From positions 10,021 through 74,020 of the forward strand of contig WFWT01000001.1 of NCBI GenBank assembly GCA_015490995.1: a stretch of DNA of 64,000 nucleotides, written 5' to 3'. This stretch comes from Anaerolineae bacterium (GTDB lineage: Bacteria; Chloroflexota; Anaerolineae; JAADDB01). Below the pieces are notes generated by a model, which saw only the letters and a program-made list of their open reading frames with translations, was not told the DNA's origin and made no database searches. Positions 9,476 through 19,831 of this stretch are shown in pieces. The stretch's first letter is position 1. Each line of letters opens with the position of its first letter. Both the position numbers and the translations under genes were made by a program.

Positions 9476-10228
9476 GTGGGACAGGCGATCATTCTCGCCT
9501 TCCGATTCCTTACCGTAATGCCCATACCCTACCGGGAGGTCACCCCATCCCCCCAACAGCTGGGCAAGGCCGTCACGTTTTTTCCGCTGGTTGGCGTGAT
9601 ACTGGGGGGGATACTGGCGGGCGCGGCCTATGTGTTGAGCACGGTATTCCCCCCACCCGTTGCCGCTGCCTTCGTGCTCGCGCTCTGGATCGGGATCACC
9701 GGTGCACTGCACCTTGATGGATTGCTGGATGCCTGTGATGGCCTTTGGGGTGGTACCTCTCCAGAAGAACGCTTACGCATCATGCGGGACGAACGTGTAG
9801 GAGCATTTGCCTTCGCCGGCGGGATAGTCGTGATGTTGAGTCAGTATGCCGCCCTGTTGGTCCTCCTACAAAACAGTCCCGCTGTATGGGGGCCCCCACT
9901 TCTCATCGCCCCGGTATTAGGCCGCCAGGCAATGGCGTGGGCGATGGTTATGTTCCCTTACGCCCGACCAACTGGCTTAGGGCAGGAAATGCAAGCCCAC
10001 GTCTCACCACGGGAAGTCGGAATAACCACCCTTCTCACCGGTGGGCTGGCCGGAGGCGTGGGGAATGCCTCGGGCTTCTTCAGCGTTATTCTCGCTCTGG
10101 GCTTAACCTGGGGAAGCGGACGATGGCTCAGACACCGTGTTGGCGGATTTACCGGGGATCTCTACGGCGCACTGTGCCTTCTGGTAGAGGTCATCACCCT
10201 TCTCACCTTCACCGCTCGGGCGCCATAA
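9476..10228 (+). CDS. cobS: Adenosylcobinamide-GDP ribazoletransferase (cobalamin synthase)
   Basis: 250-aa membrane protein with CobS motifs (FLTxxP, GLLDACDG); GTG start preceded by an AAGGAGG SD. Confidence 0.85.
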   Translation: MGQAIILAFRFLTVMPIPYREVTPSPQQLGKAVTFFPLVGVILGGILAGAAYVLSTVFPPPVAAAFVLALWIGITGALHLDGLLDACDGLWGGTSPEERLRIMRDERVGAFAFAGGIVVMLSQYAALLVLLQNSPAVWGPPLLIAPVLGRQAMAWAMVMFPYARPTGLGQEMQAHVSPREVGITTLLTGGLAGGVGNASGFFSVILALGLTWGSGRWLRHRVGGFTGDLYGALCLLVEVITLLTFTARAP

Positions 10229-10337
10229 TCCACCGGGAATTTGCCAAGCGCGTCGCTTTTGGGCATCCTTAACTAGACGGCAGGGTAAGCGATAAGCGGC
10301 GTTGGTGCAGGGTAACGGTGCCTGCACTGGAGGCATT

Positions 10338-11135
10338 ATGGGAGATTTAACCGATCAGGTCGCGGTGGTCACGGGAGGAGGGCGTGGGTTAGGTCGGGCA
10401 ACAGCCCTGTTGCTCGCGGAACAGGGTGCCCACGTGGTGGTCATGGCGCGCTCCTCACGCGAGATCACTGCGGTCGCCGAGGAAATTACGGCCCGTGGTC
10501 GACAAAGCTTACCCCTCACAGTGGATATCTCCTCGTGGCCTAGTGTATCCTCTGCCGTGGACCGGGTCATAGCTACCTTCGGTCGGGTAGACATTCTGAT
10601 CAACAATGCCGGTATCATTGATCCCATTGCCCCGGTCCACCGAGTAGATCCAGAGCGCTGGAGCTACAACATTGACGTCAACCTGAAAGGGGCCTTCTAT
10701 CTCGTACGGAGTATCGTGCCGCACATGCTGGCCACCGGCCAAGGGGTTATTGTGAACGTAGGAAGCGGCGCAGCCCACCGAGTCATTACAGCCTGGAGCG
10801 CGTATTGCGCGGCGAAAGCCGGACTGTACCATTTCACCAACGTACTAGCCACCGAACTGATGGGCACCGGCATTCGGGTGAACAGCGTCCGGCCTGGCGT
10901 GGTGGACACCCGGATGCAAGAGCACATCCGTGCCGCCAGCGAGGCGGACTTCGGCGCCGAAAACCTGGACCATTTTCGCCGCCTAAAGGATGAAGGCCGT
11001 CTTTTGCCCCCGGAGTACCCGGCCCGCCTGATCGTGTGGTTGTGCACTGACGCGGCAGCTGACGTTCACGGCCAGGAGGTTGACATTTACGAAGCGTATT
11101 GGCGTGAACGGGCCGGTCTAGAGCCGTTGCCCTAA
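10338..11135 (+). CDS. SDR-family oxidoreductase
   Basis: TGGGRGLG Rossmann motif, NNAG, catalytic Y-x3-K (YCAAK); ATG at 10338 with a GGAGG SD. Confidence 0.8.
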   Translation: MGDLTDQVAVVTGGGRGLGRATALLLAEQGAHVVVMARSSREITAVAEEITARGRQSLPLTVDISSWPSVSSAVDRVIATFGRVDILINNAGIIDPIAPVHRVDPERWSYNIDVNLKGAFYLVRSIVPHMLATGQGVIVNVGSGAAHRVITAWSAYCAAKAGLYHFTNVLATELMGTGIRVNSVRPGVVDTRMQEHIRAASEADFGAENLDHFRRLKDEGRLLPPEYPARLIVWLCTDAAADVHGQEVDIYEAYWRERAGLEPLP

Positions 11136-11270
11136 ACCGCGTACCTGCCACAAAAGAACGGCCGCCCACGCATACGTTGCCCCACGCTTTTGGGTGTGAC
11201 CCACAGGAAGTCGGCTGCCCAAGACATCTATCGAGTGCTGATAACTCACAAACCAAGGAGGGTACTAAGA

Positions 11271-12521
11271 ATGGGTTACGCAAAGATCGTCGTTCCGCCG
11301 GGTGGCGAACGGATCCGTGTGGACAATGGTAAGCTGGTGGTCCCCGACACCCCTTATGTGTGTTTCATCGAAGGAGATGGCATCGGGGTGGATATCACCC
11401 CGGCGATGCGTCGTGTTTTGGATGCCGCAGTGGAAAAAGCGTACCGTGGCCAACGGCGCCTCATCTGGGTGGAAATTTACGCCGGTGAGAAAGCCTACGA
11501 CCTCTACCGAGAGTATTTACCGGAGGAAACTTTTGAGGCGCTACGAGACTTTCTGGTCGGGATTAAAGGCCCCCTCACCACCCCGGTGGGAGGCGGCTTC
11601 CGTAGCCTGAACGTGACCTTACGTCAGGTGCTGGACCTGTACGCGTGTGTGCGCCCGGTACGCTGGGTGCCCGGTGCCCCTAGCCCGCTCCGGCACCCCG
11701 AGCAGGTAGACATGGTAATCTTCCGGGAAAACACTGAGGATGTCTACGCAGGCATCGAATGGCCCGCACAGTCCCGGGAAGCCCGTCGACTCATCGAGTA
11801 CATGAACGATCATCTGGGCGTTCGCGTGGCCACGGACGCGGCCATTGGGGTCAAGCCGGTGACAGAACAGGGCTCAAAACGGCTGGTTCGCAAGGCTATC
11901 CAATACGCGCTGGAACGCAAACGCCGCAGCGTGACCCTAATGCACAAAGGCAACATCATGAAGTACACCGAAGGTGCTTTCCGAGAGTGGGGCTACGAGG
12001 TGGCCGCGCAGGAGTTCGGCGACGTCACCGTGACCGAAGCCGAAGTGTGGGAGAAGTACAACGGCGAGGTACCCGCGGGCAAGATCCTCATCAAAGATCG
12101 CATTGCGGATAATATGTTTCAACAGATTCTGACCCGCACCGCTGAGTACGATGTGATCGCCACCCTTAACCTGAACGGGGACTACATCAGCGATGCTGCC
12201 GCGGGGCTTATCGGCGGCCTGGGTATGGCTCCAGGTGCAAACATCGGTGACGTGATCGCCCTCTTTGAGGCGACCCACGGTACCGCACCTAAGTATGCTG
12301 GCCAGGATAAGGTCAACCCCAGTTCGCTAATTCTCTCCGGCAAAATGCTGTTGGAATACCTGGGATGGGATGAAGCCGCCGAACTGGTATGGCGCGGGTT
12401 GGCAGGAGCAGTCCGCCAAAAACGGGTGACCTATGACCTGCACAGGCAAATGGAGGGAGCAACGCTCCTAAAAACTTCGGAATTTGCCGAGGCCATCGTC
12501 GAAAACATGGACACAGAATAA
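11271..12521 (+). CDS. icd: NADP-dependent isocitrate dehydrogenase
   Basis: Typical prokaryotic IDH N-terminus ([11 protein letters not shown]...IEGDGIG), SLNVxLRQ, and the NLNGDYISD motif; ATG at 11271 with an AAGGAGGG SD. Confidence 0.92.
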   Translation: MGYAKIVVPPGGERIRVDNGKLVVPDTPYVCFIEGDGIGVDITPAMRRVLDAAVEKAYRGQRRLIWVEIYAGEKAYDLYREYLPEETFEALRDFLVGIKGPLTTPVGGGFRSLNVTLRQVLDLYACVRPVRWVPGAPSPLRHPEQVDMVIFRENTEDVYAGIEWPAQSREARRLIEYMNDHLGVRVATDAAIGVKPVTEQGSKRLVRKAIQYALERKRRSVTLMHKGNIMKYTEGAFREWGYEVAAQEFGDVTVTEAEVWEKYNGEVPAGKILIKDRIADNMFQQILTRTAEYDVIATLNLNGDYISDAAAGLIGGLGMAPGANIGDVIALFEATHGTAPKYAGQDKVNPSSLILSGKMLLEYLGWDEAAELVWRGLAGAVRQKRVTYDLHRQMEGATLLKTSEFAEAIVENMDTE

Positions 12522-12618
12522 TATAGAGGGTACCCTCGGAACCGGAAGGAGCAATACACTCTTCCCTCATCTGGCCCCACACCAGGTTCAACAGCAGACC
12601 GAAAGCAGGAGGTGATAC

Positions 12619-12990
12619 ATGAGCGTACTCGAGGCCGTATGGCGTGGTGTCACCTACCGAGGTGGTATAGGCCACTGGGCTTGGTTGCTCCATCGCGTGT
12701 CCGGTATCGGTGTCGCCGTGTTTCTTACCCTGCACATCCTGGACATCTTCTCCACTGCCTTTGGGCCGGAAGTGTTTAACCGGCTTCTCTTTATCTATCA
12801 TAGCATCTTCTTCCGGCCCTTTCTGGTCATGCTGGTCTTCGGCGTCACTTACCACGCGTTGAATGGCCTTCGTCTTATCCTGGTGGACTTCTGGCCCGGA
12901 CTAATGACCCGATATCACAAAGGCATGTGGTATGTCATTCTTGTCATTTCCCTGATCGCGACGGTTATCAACGCGATAGCCATGTTTTAG
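12619..12990 (+). CDS. sdhC: Succinate dehydrogenase cytochrome b556 subunit
   Basis: 123-aa 3-TM protein with an HRxSG heme-ligand region, leading the sdhCDAB cluster. Confidence 0.8.
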   Translation: MSVLEAVWRGVTYRGGIGHWAWLLHRVSGIGVAVFLTLHILDIFSTAFGPEVFNRLLFIYHSIFFRPFLVMLVFGVTYHALNGLRLILVDFWPGLMTRYHKGMWYVILVISLIATVINAIAMF

Positions 12991-13002
12991 AGGAGGTGCT
13001 CT

Positions 13003-13404
13003 ATGACGTACTTGAGCGAGACGGGCGGTCGTCCTCGCCCCGGGGCAGGGTTTGCCTTATGGTCGTGGTTCTTCATGCGCATCTCCGGCCTCATTCTGAT
13101 CTTCCTGGTCCTTTTCCACCTTTTCTGGATGCACCTCTACATTGGACTGGACAACATCACCTTTGAAACCATCGTAAATCGTTGGACCGGTCCCCTAGGC
13201 GCGTTTTGGCGCATGTATGATTTGATCATGCTGGTCTTCGCGTTTACCCACGGCATGAACGGCGTCCGTTGGGTGATCGAGGATTACGTGCGACAGCCAG
13301 GATGGCGCCTCGCCCTCATCTCCACGCTGGTCGTGGTGTACGTTGTGGTACTTCTCGCCGGTATATACATTATCTTCGCCTTTCCGGTGGTGGAATTGGA
13401 ATAA
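13003..13404 (+). CDS. sdhD: Succinate dehydrogenase hydrophobic membrane anchor subunit
   Basis: 133-aa 3-TM protein immediately between sdhC and sdhA. Confidence 0.7.
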   Translation: MTYLSETGGRPRPGAGFALWSWFFMRISGLILIFLVLFHLFWMHLYIGLDNITFETIVNRWTGPLGAFWRMYDLIMLVFAFTHGMNGVRWVIEDYVRQPGWRLALISTLVVVYVVVLLAGIYIIFAFPVVELE

Positions 13405-13427
13405 GACCGTGCAGGGGAGGGAATACC

Positions 13428-15227
13428 GTGAACTACCACAAGTTTGAGACGGTTATCGTCGGTGCTGGCGGCGCGGGGTTGATGGCAGCTCTGTACGCGT
13501 CCCGCGGCGCCCAGACGGCCGTTATCAGCAAGCTATACCCCACCCGCTCCCACACCGGCGCGGCACAGGGCGGCATCGGCGCAGCCCTCGGCAACATGGA
13601 GGAGGATCACCCAGAATGGCACGCGTTCGACACGGTCAAGGGCTCTGATTACCTGGCCGACCAAGACGCGGTTGAGCTGATGACCGCCATGGCCCCCGAA
13701 ATTGTGTTCGAGTTGGAACACATGGGCTTACCCTTTGACCGCACCCCCGAGGGCAAGATAGCCCAACGGCGCTTCGGAGGACATACCAACAACCGTACGG
13801 GCAAACCGGTCATGCGTGCCTGCCACGCAGCGGACCGAACCGGACACATGATCTTGCAGACCCTGTACCAGCAATGCATCAAAAACAACGTTACCTTCTT
13901 CGATGAGTTCCAGGTGATGGACTTGTTAATCAACGAAGTGGAAGGACGCGTAGTGGGAGTCGTTGCCTATGAAATCGCCACCGGCGAACTACACGTCTTC
14001 CACGCTAAAAGCGTTCTCTTTGCCACCGGCGGTTGGGGACGGGTGTGGGAAGTGACCAGCAACGCGGCCACCCTCACCGGAGACGGCGCGGCCATTGCGT
14101 TTCGCCGAGGCATCCCCCTGGAGGACATGGAATTCTTCCAGTTCCATCCTACCGGTATCTATAAACTGGGCATTCTCATCACCGAAGGCGTGCGCGGGGA
14201 GGGGGGCGTGCTCATCAACAACGAAGGGGAACGCTTCATGAATCGCTACGCCCCCACTGTGAAGGATCTCGCCTCGCGCGATGTCGTCTCTCGGGCAATC
14301 TACCTTGAAATCCGGGCTGGCCGAGGGATTAACGGTCAAAACTACGTTTACTTAGATGTCCGTCCGGAAACGGTCAACAAGTACTTCGCGGAGGACGGCG
14401 TCCAAGGGCCTGACGGCAAGCCTAAACAGGTCACGGCCGAATATCTCCTGAAGAAGCTCCCCGACATCATCGACTTCTGCAAAACCTACCTGGGCATTGA
14501 CCCAATGCAAGAGCCCATGCCGGTCCAACCCACGGCCCACTACGCCATGGGAGGTATACCGACCAACATCTACGGCGAAGTAGTCATTGATGAGCAGAAC
14601 ACCGTACTGCCCGGATTTTACGCCGCCGGTGAGACGGCCTGTGTGTCCGTTCACGGCGCCAATCGCCTGGGAACCAACAGCTTGCTGGACATTGTGGTGT
14701 TCGGCAAACTGGCAGGACAACGCATGGCGGAATTCGCCCGCGCCAACGACTGGGCCCCCTTACCCCAGGAGACGTGGGAACCCACCCAGGCCATGCTGGA
14801 CCGCATTCGCAACAGCCGTGGCAAGGAGCGCGCCGCCCGCCTGCGGGAGGAACTCCGTCGGCTGATGATGGACAACGTGGGCGTGTTCCGCACCGAAGCG
14901 CTGTTAAACGATGCCTTGACCAAAATCCGAGAACTGAAGGAACGCTACCAGCACATCGCCATTGACGACAAGGGCAAAACCTTCAATCAAGACCTCATCG
15001 AAGCGTGGGAGGTTGCTAACCTGCTGGACATCGCCGAAGTCACCACTGTAAGTGCCCTGGCACGTCGGGAAAGTCGGGGCGCGCACTACCGGGAAGATTA
15101 CCCACAACGAGATGACGAGCAGTGGCTTAAGCACACCCTGGCCTACCGCCAACCGGACGGTTGCATTCAACTCCGGTATAAACCGGTGGTAATCACCAAA
15201 TGGCAACCAAAAGAGCGCGTCTACTAA
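13428..15227 (+). CDS. sdhA: Succinate dehydrogenase flavoprotein subunit
   Basis: FAD-binding [10 protein letters not shown] and [10 protein letters not shown] (FAD-linked His) motifs; GTG at 13428 after a GGAGGG SD. The longer ORF-track start at 13269 overlaps sdhD and is rejected. Confidence 0.92.
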   Translation: MNYHKFETVIVGAGGAGLMAALYASRGAQTAVISKLYPTRSHTGAAQGGIGAALGNMEEDHPEWHAFDTVKGSDYLADQDAVELMTAMAPEIVFELEHMGLPFDRTPEGKIAQRRFGGHTNNRTGKPVMRACHAADRTGHMILQTLYQQCIKNNVTFFDEFQVMDLLINEVEGRVVGVVAYEIATGELHVFHAKSVLFATGGWGRVWEVTSNAATLTGDGAAIAFRRGIPLEDMEFFQFHPTGIYKLGILITEGVRGEGGVLINNEGERFMNRYAPTVKDLASRDVVSRAIYLEIRAGRGINGQNYVYLDVRPETVNKYFAEDGVQGPDGKPKQVTAEYLLKKLPDIIDFCKTYLGIDPMQEPMPVQPTAHYAMGGIPTNIYGEVVIDEQNTVLPGFYAAGETACVSVHGANRLGTNSLLDIVVFGKLAGQRMAEFARANDWAPLPQETWEPTQAMLDRIRNSRGKERAARLREELRRLMMDNVGVFRTEALLNDALTKIRELKERYQHIAIDDKGKTFNQDLIEAWEVANLLDIAEVTTVSALARRESRGAHYREDYPQRDDEQWLKHTLAYRQPDGCIQLRYKPVVITKWQPKERVY

Positions 15228-15291
15228 CTGCTAACGCACGCCCCGGCCCGCGGCCCGGGCGACCAGCAAGGGCAACAACAGGAGGTGGCCT

Positions 15292-16008
15292 ATGGCCGAC
15301 GTCTTCCAGGCAACGGTGCGCATCTTTCGGTACAACCCCGAAGTGGACACTAAACCGCACTGGAAAGAGTACACGGTGGAAGTGGAACCCACCGATCGCG
15401 TCGTAGATGTCTTGCATAAAATAAAATGGTACCAAGACGGCACCCTCGCGTTTCGGCGATCGTGCCTCCACGGCATTTGTGGTTCCGATGCCATGGTCAT
15501 CAACGGCCGCAATGCCCTCGCCTGCAAGGTGCTTATGAAAACTTTGGGGCCGAAAGTGGTGATCGAGCCCCTGCGGGGCTTTCGGGTGATAAAGGACTTG
15601 GTCGTGGACATGGAACCCTTCTTTGCCAAATACCGTTCCATCTTGCCCTACCTGATCAACTATGATCCCCCTCCGGCGCGGGAACGACGACAGTCGCCGA
15701 CAGAACGCGCGCGCTTTGACGATACGACCAAGTGCATCCTTTGTGCAGCTTGCACCACCTCCTGCCCCTCCTTCTGGGCTAACCCCCACTATATCGGACC
15801 GGCAGCCATAGTACAGGCCCACCGCTTCATCTTCGACAGCCGAGATCAAGCCTGGGCCGAACGGCTGCGCATCCTGGCGGATCGGGACGGCGTATGGCGG
15901 TGTCGCAGTGTGTTCAACTGCGTGGAAGCCTGCCCCCGAGAGATCAACATCAAAAAGGCCATTGCCGAAGTTCAACAAGCCATCATCACGGGATCTCGTG
16001 ACCTGTAG
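15292..16008 (+). CDS. sdhB: Succinate dehydrogenase iron-sulfur subunit
   Basis: 2Fe-2S region (CLHGICGSDAMVINGRNALAC) plus CxxCxxCxxxCP and a second Cys cluster (CRSVFNCVEACP). Confidence 0.92.
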   Translation: MADVFQATVRIFRYNPEVDTKPHWKEYTVEVEPTDRVVDVLHKIKWYQDGTLAFRRSCLHGICGSDAMVINGRNALACKVLMKTLGPKVVIEPLRGFRVIKDLVVDMEPFFAKYRSILPYLINYDPPPARERRQSPTERARFDDTTKCILCAACTTSCPSFWANPHYIGPAAIVQAHRFIFDSRDQAWAERLRILADRDGVWRCRSVFNCVEACPREINIKKAIAEVQQAIITGSRDL

Positions 16009-16256
16009 AGGAAGCACAGGCACCGGGGGCACGCCTTAATATGCCCTCGGTGTCACGTTCCAGCGGGCATTTCGCAAATTTGCCTTCTCCGACGGTTGAT
16101 ATTATAATAGGCGTGTGTGCAAACGTGTGCAGCCCCTGACTTAGCCAGGAAGGAGGCGGAGCAGGTGCACTCACGTCGCTTACACCCTTCATAAGCATCC
16201 CCCAGCTTTCCTACGCGGTTGGTGTCAAACCTTTACGCACGTAAAGGAGGGGTACA

Positions 16257-17756
16257 ATGAAACGACGGATGCGGTGGGTTCTTTTGATCACGGTGTTGAT
16301 GGTCGCCTCGCTGATCCTGGTCGCCTGTCCCTCCCCAACACCGGAGGTGATCCGGGAGACGGTGGTGGTGACCAAGGAGGTGGAGAAGGTCGTCACCAGG
16401 GAAGTGCAGAAGATCGTGACTAAGGAGGTCACCAAGGTCGTTGAGGTCGAAAAGGAGCCGGAGCTCGAGGTCATCAAACTGACCGCGTGGACTATCGGCC
16501 CTGATGAGCCCTCCTTCTACCGCCGGGACAACCTCATTGACGCGGCCAAACGCCTGAACCAAGACCTGGAAGCCCTGGGGTCCAACGTGCGGGTGGAGCT
16601 GGAGGCGACATTTGACACGGGTGACTGGGGCGACTACAAGCAGAAGTTCATCCTTGCCGCCCAAGCAGGTAACGCCCCTGACATTATCCTCAGCAGCCAC
16701 CTGGACGTGGCTCCCTGGAGTGAGGCCGGTTATATTATTCCGTTGGACGACTACATTCAGGAATACTGGGAAGAAACGTACCAGGACATTATTCCCACCC
16801 TCTGGAAGGCCGTAGAATACAAGGGGAAGAAGTGGGCCGTACCGCAGGACACCGAAGCCCGCCCGATGTTCTTCAGCAAGAAGCTCCTCCGCGATTGGGG
16901 CTGGACAGAAGAGCAGATTAACGCGCTGCCGCAGCAGGTGCGGGCCGGTGAGTTCACCCTCTATGACATGCTCGAACTGGCCAAGCGGGCCCAGGATGAG
17001 GGCATCATTGAAGAGGGGAACGGCTATTGGACCCGCCCCAAGAAGGGCGCAGATTTCTACCACATCTACTTCGCCTTTGGTGGTGAAATGCAGGACCCCG
17101 AAACGGGCAAGCTCGTCGTCGTGCGCGACGCGCTCCGCAAGTGGCTCCAGTTCCATTATGACAGCGTCTTCACGTACAAGACTACACCCGAAGGGTTCAT
17201 CGGCACCGACTGGAAGATCTGGCACGAGACCGTAAGCAAGGCGGACAAGGTCCTCTTCTGGAACGGCGGTACCTGGCACTGGGCTGAGTGGACCCAGAAG
17301 TACCTGGACGGCAACGAGGACTACCTGTGGGAGAACGTGGGCTTCATGCTCATCCCCGCGGGCGAGCCTGGCCTGCAGCCGACCACCCTCTCCCACCCGC
17401 TGGTGTACATGGTGACCAGCAATTCCAAGTACCCGGATCTGGCCTTCCGCATCATCACGCTGGCCACCACACCGGACCTGAACAGCCGGCACGCGGTGAA
17501 CTCCGCGCACCTGGCCATCCTGCAGTCCCAGATCAACCACCCGGTTTACAAGGCGAACCGCTTCCTGCAGGAAGTGGCTTACATGGTAGAATACACCAAC
17601 TTCCAACCCAACAGCGCGGACTATGGCGAATATGACCGTGTGCTGTGGACCGCGCTGTCTGCGGTGATGGCCGGCGACATGAGTGTGGACGATGCGGTGG
17701 CCTTCGTCGAGGAGGAGATGCAGGCTGCTCTCGGCGATAAGGTGATCTTCAAGTAA
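16257..17756 (+). CDS. ABC transporter substrate-binding lipoprotein (carbohydrate, family 1)
   Basis: Signal peptide plus lipobox (LVAC), a repetitive VTKEVEKVV linker, then an extracellular solute-binding domain; followed by two permeases and an ATPase. Confidence 0.85.
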   Translation: MKRRMRWVLLITVLMVASLILVACPSPTPEVIRETVVVTKEVEKVVTREVQKIVTKEVTKVVEVEKEPELEVIKLTAWTIGPDEPSFYRRDNLIDAAKRLNQDLEALGSNVRVELEATFDTGDWGDYKQKFILAAQAGNAPDIILSSHLDVAPWSEAGYIIPLDDYIQEYWEETYQDIIPTLWKAVEYKGKKWAVPQDTEARPMFFSKKLLRDWGWTEEQINALPQQVRAGEFTLYDMLELAKRAQDEGIIEEGNGYWTRPKKGADFYHIYFAFGGEMQDPETGKLVVVRDALRKWLQFHYDSVFTYKTTPEGFIGTDWKIWHETVSKADKVLFWNGGTWHWAEWTQKYLDGNEDYLWENVGFMLIPAGEPGLQPTTLSHPLVYMVTSNSKYPDLAFRIITLATTPDLNSRHAVNSAHLAILQSQINHPVYKANRFLQEVAYMVEYTNFQPNSADYGEYDRVLWTALSAVMAGDMSVDDAVAFVEEEMQAALGDKVIFK

Positions 17757-17772
17757 ACTTGAGGTAATGTGC

Positions 17773-17806
17773 GTCGGCCCGGCGGTTTCGAGACCGCCGG
17801 GCCGAC
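17773..17806 (+). terminator. Intra-operon hairpin/attenuator after the SBP gene
   Basis: 14-bp perfect inverted repeat GTCGGCCCGGCGGT ... ACCGCCGGGCCGAC with a 6-nt loop, 17 nt after the SBP stop. Confidence 0.4.
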
Positions 17807-17894
17807 CTCTTCAACACGCGCTAGAGGGATAAGGGCCACGACAGCCCTCGCAAATTACAGGTAAGTGTTTAAGGTACGTGTAAGGAGAAACAGC

Positions 17895-18869
17895 ATGGCG
17901 CAACAAACGGTAGTGGCGGAACGGGCTGCCCTCCAGGTGGAACCCAGTTGGCGCGCCCGGTTGCGCGCTATCACTACCCCTGCCTTTTTCATCGGCCCAG
18001 CATTACTCCTGATTCTCATCTTTTTCTTCATTCCGGTGATTCTCACCATTCTCATCAGCCTGACAGACATGAGCGTGGCCACCATCAGCGACATTAACTT
18101 CGTTGGGCTGAAGAACTATGAACGCATCTGGCGCAGTCGCACCACAATGAAAATTCTGAAGAATACGTTCATTTACGTGGGGTTCACCCTCACTCTCTTC
18201 AACGTCGGTATGGCCCTGATCCTTTCCCTGATCACCACACACATTCCCGAACGGGTGGGCACCACGTTCCGTACGTTCTGGCTTCTCCCGCGCATTACCC
18301 CTTCGGTGATCTATGCCATTATGTGGACGTGGTTCACCGCTGACGCGCCGTACGGTATTGTCAATCAGTTTCTGTCCCCCTTTGGCATCACGCCCAAAAA
18401 CTGGCTTAACGCACAACCCTGGCTGGTAGTCATCGCGGCCAACGGGTTTGTGGGCACCTCCTTTGGGATGATCATCTTCACATCGGCCATTCACGCTATC
18501 CCGGTGGATTACTTGCGAGCCGCGCTGGTGGACGGCGCGAGTACCCTACAACGCATCCGGTACGTGATCCTTCCTATGATTCGCTGGCCTATTCTCTTTG
18601 TGGTCACGTACCAGACCCTCTCTCTGCTGGCATCGTTCGAGTACATCTTGCTCTTGACCGATGGTGGTCCAGGATTTTATACCACTGAAGTGTGGAGCCT
18701 ATACGCGTATCACCGCGCCCTGTCCAACTACTTTGGGAACGTCCAGTTCGGCTTTGGTGCGGCTCTGGCCGCTATCCTCGTTATTATCGGTGTAATCGCG
18801 TCTGTCGTTTACTTACGCGTTTTCCGCTTCAGTGAAATGGTCGCAGAACCTAAGATCGAGGTGCTATGA
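17895..18869 (+). CDS. ABC transporter permease (MalF/UgpA-like)
   Basis: 6-TM permease with an EAA-like loop; ATG at 17895 with an AAGGAGAAAC SD. Confidence 0.85.
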   Translation: MAQQTVVAERAALQVEPSWRARLRAITTPAFFIGPALLLILIFFFIPVILTILISLTDMSVATISDINFVGLKNYERIWRSRTTMKILKNTFIYVGFTLTLFNVGMALILSLITTHIPERVGTTFRTFWLLPRITPSVIYAIMWTWFTADAPYGIVNQFLSPFGITPKNWLNAQPWLVVIAANGFVGTSFGMIIFTSAIHAIPVDYLRAALVDGASTLQRIRYVILPMIRWPILFVVTYQTLSLLASFEYILLLTDGGPGFYTTEVWSLYAYHRALSNYFGNVQFGFGAALAAILVIIGVIASVVYLRVFRFSEMVAEPKIEVL

Positions 18870-19711
18870 TGGCTGAGCACGCAGGTAGCCGCATTGGCCA
18901 GATCATTCTCGGGATTATTGTGTTGCTCCTGTCCATGCCCTTACTGGTAATGTACATCTGGCTGGTGGAATCCGCCTTCTCCCAAATCACGTACGGCATC
19001 ATCCCGCAAGGATTCACGTTGAGCAACTGGCGATTCCTATGGGAAGGCTTTACGAACATGCCATCCATCTGGCGTATCACCTGGAACACGCTAGTCTTTG
19101 CGGTGGTAGTAGCCACCATTGAGGTGTTCATCGCTTCCCTTACCGGGTACGCGCTCTCGCGCATGAAGTTCCCCGGCCGGCGCATGTTCTTATCATTGAC
19201 CCTGGTCCTGCACGCCTTTCCTGCTGTCACGTTGCTCATCGCCATCTTTTACGTGTTGTTGGTCCTCGGCCTATACGACACGCTTGTGGGCGTTATCATG
19301 GTCAAGGCAGCCCTGGAACTGCCGTTGGGCGTGTGGATCATGAAGGGGTTCTTCGACAACATCTCCTGGGACATGGAGATGTCCGCCCTTATTGATGGGT
19401 GTTCCCGGTTGCGCACGTGGTGGGAAATCCTCTTGCCCAACATTCGACCGGGCATTGCTGCCCTGTCTATCTTTGCTTTCCTGTCAGGGTGGAGTGAGTT
19501 CCTCTTGCCCTACATTTACACGTCCAGTTTCGAGAATTTTACCCTCTCCGTTCTCCTTCGCCGGCTGGTGGGTGACTTCCGGTTCGTGGACTACGGACTG
19601 CTAACGGCCACGGGGCTGTATTACATGATGCCCGTGTTGTTGTTCTTTATCTTCACCCAGGAGTACCTGTTGAACATCTACGCGGGTGGCACTAAAGGAA
19701 CCACCGTCTAA
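18866..19711 (+). CDS. ABC transporter permease (MalG/UgpE-like)
   Basis: 6-TM permease overlapping the upstream stop by 4 nt. Confidence 0.85.
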   Translation: MMAEHAGSRIGQIILGIIVLLLSMPLLVMYIWLVESAFSQITYGIIPQGFTLSNWRFLWEGFTNMPSIWRITWNTLVFAVVVATIEVFIASLTGYALSRMKFPGRRMFLSLTLVLHAFPAVTLLIAIFYVLLVLGLYDTLVGVIMVKAALELPLGVWIMKGFFDNISWDMEMSALIDGCSRLRTWWEILLPNIRPGIAALSIFAFLSGWSEFLLPYIYTSSFENFTLSVLLRRLVGDFRFVDYGLLTATGLYYMMPVLLFFIFTQEYLLNIYAGGTKGTTV

Positions 19712-19831
19712 ACTCAGCCCCGGACAAAGGTGACCAGGAGGAAGGGAGGGGAAATGTAACACGAGGTGAGTCCCCTATCCTGGAGAAATGTTCCTGAATA
19801 TCTGGACAAGCTTAAAAAGCGGGGGAGCACG

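Noticed and set aside
13269-13427. Extended N-terminus of sdhA overlapping sdhD by 135 nt, from the ORF-track start at 13269.
   Set aside because: The FAD-binding N-terminus begins at a GTG at 13428, which is preceded by a GGAGGG SD. The upstream extension is Arg/Gly-rich and would overlap the complete sdhD reading frame.
16233-17606. 457-aa antisense ORF opposite the sugar-binding protein gene, plus similar long antisense ORFs at 2211-3041, 15193-16032, 44677-46083 and 47939-48655.
   Set aside because: Typical stop-codon-poor reverse frames in high-GC DNA. They have no SD, low-complexity Arg/Gly/Pro-rich translations and no recognisable domains. The sense-strand genes have clear homology.
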